Below, one piece after another: positions 36,709 through 39,150 of a stretch of 39,150 nucleotides of DNA. The stretch spans positions 1 through 39,150 of the forward strand of contig JBHLRQ010000021.1 in assembly GCA_048882385.1 (NCBI GenBank), given 5' to 3'. The position numbers were made by a program, and so were the translations under genes. Below the pieces are notes generated by a model that was not told the origin of the DNA, searched no databases, and was given only the letters and a program-made list of their open reading frames with translations. This DNA comes from Candidatus Thorarchaeota archaeon (lineage in GTDB: Archaea > Asgardarchaeota > Thorarchaeia > Thorarchaeales > Thorarchaeaceae). Each line of letters opens with the position of its first letter. Position 1 is the first letter of the stretch.

Positions 36709-37848
36709 ATGGCTGAAGACGAGTTTCTTGGCGCGAAGCCCATTGTCATTGACAATGGTACTGGTTTGAGCAAGAACGGTTACGCCGGCGAAGATCAGCC
36801 ACGCAGCGTTTGGCCCACACTAATTGGTTATCCACGTTATGAATCAATCATGACTGACGTGGACCACTATACACGTGACTACTACATTGGTGAAGAGGCT
36901 ATCAACCTCCGTGGTGTACTCCGCTTGGTATACCCGATCTCTCATGGAATCGTAGAAGACTGGGATGCGATTGAAAAGATTTGGAGCTACACCTTTTACA
37001 ATGATCTTAAGGTAGATCCTAGTGAGAATCCAGTGCTTCTTACTGAAGCACCATTCAACCCCAGAGAAAACAGAGAGCGCATGGCATCTGTCATGTTTGA
37101 TAACTTTGGTGTACCTGCTGTGTACGTTGCTACACAGGCTGTACTCTCATTGTACGCATCCGGAAGGACCACAGGTCTGGTCATTGACTCCGGTGACGGT
37201 GTTACCCACATAGTACCAATCTATGAGGGCTTTTCAATCAACCACGCAATCAAGCGAATTGACTTGGCTGGTAGAGACATCACTGAGTATTTGCGCAGAC
37301 TCCTCAGACAGAGGGGCTACTCATTCGTGAGTGGTGCAGAGAAAGAGATTGTCAGAGATATCAAAGAGAAGCTATGCTACGTAGCTCTAGATCCCGAAAG
37401 GGAAAGGACTGTCGCTGACAAAGCTGGTGTTGACAAACCCTACATGCTACCTGACGGTGAGGTAATCACCATTGGTGCAGAGAGATTCCAGGGACCCGAG
37501 TTGTTCTTCAATCCTAGTGCCATTGGTCTAGATACCATTCCACTTGATGACCACATTGTCGAGTCAATCAAAGCCTGTGACGTCGACTTGAGGCGTGACC
37601 TATACGCTAACATAGTTCTATCAGGTGGTTCAACCATGTTCCCAGGACTCAAGGAGAGACTCCACAAGGAGATCACCGAGCTAGTCCCAGAGAACATTGA
37701 GGTCCGAATCATTGCTCCTCCCGAGAGACAGTACTCTGTCTGGATTGGTGGAAGCATTCTTGGCTCACTCAAGACATTCCAGAAGATGTGGGTGTCGAAG
37801 AAAGAGTTCGAAGAAGTCGGACCCGAAGTGATACACCGCTGTATCTAG
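36709..37848 (+). CDS. Asgard actin (eukaryote-like actin)
   Basis: [93 protein letters not shown]; 379 aa. Confidence 0.97.
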   Translation: MAEDEFLGAKPIVIDNGTGLSKNGYAGEDQPRSVWPTLIGYPRYESIMTDVDHYTRDYYIGEEAINLRGVLRLVYPISHGIVEDWDAIEKIWSYTFYNDLKVDPSENPVLLTEAPFNPRENRERMASVMFDNFGVPAVYVATQAVLSLYASGRTTGLVIDSGDGVTHIVPIYEGFSINHAIKRIDLAGRDITEYLRRLLRQRGYSFVSGAEKEIVRDIKEKLCYVALDPERERTVADKAGVDKPYMLPDGEVITIGAERFQGPELFFNPSAIGLDTIPLDDHIVESIKACDVDLRRDLYANIVLSGGSTMFPGLKERLHKEITELVPENIEVRIIAPPERQYSVWIGGSILGSLKTFQKMWVSKKEFEEVGPEVIHRCI

Positions 37849-37887
37849 TATACACAGTTTAACGAAGGTGGGCTTCGGCCCCCTTCG
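37798..37887 (+). repeat. Direct repeat copy 1: actin 3' end plus hairpin (att-like left junction)
   Basis: 37798-37848 matches 38975-39025 at 48 of 51 nt; the downstream hairpin is also shared. Confidence 0.9.
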
Positions 37888-37900
37888 CTCTCTTGTTTTT
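37863..37900 (+). terminator. Actin terminator hairpin with cUUCGg tetraloop and pyrimidine/T tract
   Basis: CGAAGG(T)GGGC-TTCG-GCCC-CCTTCG followed by ctctcttgttttt. Confidence 0.8.
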
Positions 37901-37941
37901 AAAATAATATCCAAAACTGGAATACAGAATCTCCTAATATT

Positions 37942-38880
37942 TTACTTATTTTGGTTTCCAAACCTACGTTTTGCAAAATAAATTCCGCCAGTGATTACTC
38001 CAATTGGGACTATGATTAGCGCATAATATTCAATATGATATGCCATAGGGTCCCAACTTACAGTGTATATTCCATAACATCCTACATGAGTAATTTCGAA
38101 ATTATCACCTGATAATGTAAGATCCCATACAGCCTTTGCCCAGGTCTGATTCCATGATTCAGAAAGTCCCGTTTCTGGGGTAAATCCGTTAAATACCCAC
38201 TCATGGACATCATCTCCAAAACGTTCTGTTTTATTTTCAATTCCTTTTACTTCCATCGTAATAATCTCATGAGTCATACCTTCCCAGCTATATGCAGACC
38301 CAACACAATATGAAAAGCCGCAATAGGTCATATAACCTGAGGCACCTTCAAAATCGACGGAAGAAACTACAGACACCTCTAAGAGTTTCGGTGTATTCTC
38401 TATGAATGTTAGATTAAATGTTGCGAAATTATGGTCTTTAATCCACCCCCAATCTGTAATATCCGTGGAATTTACATCACCCGATGTATCATTATACATC
38501 GCAATAACTTGGTCAAAGGATAATTTCACAAAGTGAATCTCTTCTTGCTGACATATAATCTCAAACTCACAACTAGGATTCTTTGTACTCTCTAAATCCC
38601 ATTCTTGTGGATAGGCAAAAGCTGTGAGTGAAGTTTGATTTGTTTCACTGATAAAATTGAAAGTGCTCGTTAATTCGAAAGTTTTCGTACCAAATGGGTC
38701 CAATACAATGTGTACCTCAGCTTCTGGCATATATACACGATCTCCCATAAACAGACCGCCCGACTCAAAAGCACTACTTGTAATTGTGATTGGATTAGAA
38801 CTGACTTCTACCGGAAGAAACATGATTGTAAAACAAGCAAGTACTGAAAGAAGTACAACTGGTGCTAAGGAACACCTCAT
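37942..38880 (-). CDS. Secreted, C-terminally anchored surface protein (DUF4424-like), cargo between the actin repeats
   Basis: Signal peptide, beta-rich body (GGL..MPEAEVHI..F.F..AFAYP..Y..SA.SW.G), several NxS/T sequons, C-terminal TM helix plus basic tail; visibly more AT-rich than actin. Confidence 0.7.
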   Translation of the reverse strand: MRCSLAPVVLLSVLACFTIMFLPVEVSSNPITITSSAFESGGLFMGDRVYMPEAEVHIVLDPFGTKTFELTSTFNFISETNQTSLTAFAYPQEWDLESTKNPSCEFEIICQQEEIHFVKLSFDQVIAMYNDTSGDVNSTDITDWGWIKDHNFATFNLTFIENTPKLLEVSVVSSVDFEGASGYMTYCGFSYCVGSAYSWEGMTHEIITMEVKGIENKTERFGDDVHEWVFNGFTPETGLSESWNQTWAKAVWDLTLSGDNFEITHVGCYGIYTVSWDPMAYHIEYYALIIVPIGVITGGIYFAKRRFGNQNK

Positions 38881-38974
38881 TACGCATATCGCCTACAAAT
38901 ATAATAACAACAGATTTTCGTATTAATATTCTCACTTAAGCATGTTTTGACACCATGGCAGTATCTAGATACTC

Positions 38975-39025
38975 AAGAAGGATTTCGAAGAAGTCGGACC
39001 CTAAGTGATACACCGCTGTATCTAG
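38975..39025 (+). pseudogene. Decayed copy of the last 17 actin codons (direct repeat copy 2; att-like right junction)
   Basis: Reads KKDFEEVGP*VIHRCI* versus [16 protein letters not shown] in actin; offset 1177 bp. Confidence 0.88.
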
Positions 39026-39039
39026 ATTGCGCTAGTTTC

Positions 39040-39078
39040 CGAAGGCGGGCTGCAAGGCCCCCTTCGATTCTCTTTTTC
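39040..39078 (+). terminator. Second copy of the actin terminator hairpin, with GCAA (GNRA) loop
   Basis: CGAAGG(C)GGGCT-GCAA-GGCCC-CCTTCG followed by attctctttttc. Confidence 0.75.
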
Positions 39079-39150
39079 TGGAAATTTATGAACCCAGTAT
39101 ATTCTATTGGATTTCGAGAAAATCACTATTTCGACTCATCGTAGATCTTC

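Noticed and set aside
38947-39144. 65-aa ORF over the second actin-tail repeat
   Set aside because: Runs out of frame through the actin remnant and terminator hairpin; no coding evidence.
39126-39150. Possible 3' end of a minus-strand gene (..KIYDESK*) at the window edge
   Set aside because: Too short to support; cannot tell whether it is an integrase or a core gene.
1-39150. tRNA, rRNA, transposase or integrase genes
   Set aside because: None recognised by eye; a covariance-model scan would be needed to exclude small RNAs.

Overview
Chromosomal window from an Asgard archaeon, probably Thorarchaeota-like (inferred from a eukaryote-like actin plus archaeal exosome, proteasome and KEOPS genes). 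Left to right: the 3' part of an aldehyde:ferredoxin oxidoreductase gene, an AEC transporter, a metal ABC importer with a NikR-type regulator and a palindromic operator candidate, the archaeal proteasome/exosome superoperon (psmA-SBDS-rrp4-rrp41-rrp42-rpl37ae-Brix-pcc1-pfdB-DUF3194-DHH), an ECF module, a class II photolyase, a WD40 protein, two paralogous wHTH genes, hutU/hutH/hutI, tRNA-modification genes (cgi121, THUMP, Sua5/TsaC) and sugar/lipid transferases. An unusual block follows: a cytosolic FG-GAP (BBS2/ITFG2-like) propeller, a PriL-C-terminal-like Fe-S protein, a SAMHD1-like HD protein, a dsRBD-less RNase III-domain protein and a wHTH-CARF-like protein divergent from actin. The most striking sequence-level signal is that the last 17 codons of actin and its terminator hairpin recur 1177 bp downstream as a decayed direct repeat. 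The two copies flank one AT-rich surface-protein gene, as expected for an insertion targeting the actin 3' end. All family calls come from motif recognition by eye, not database searches.
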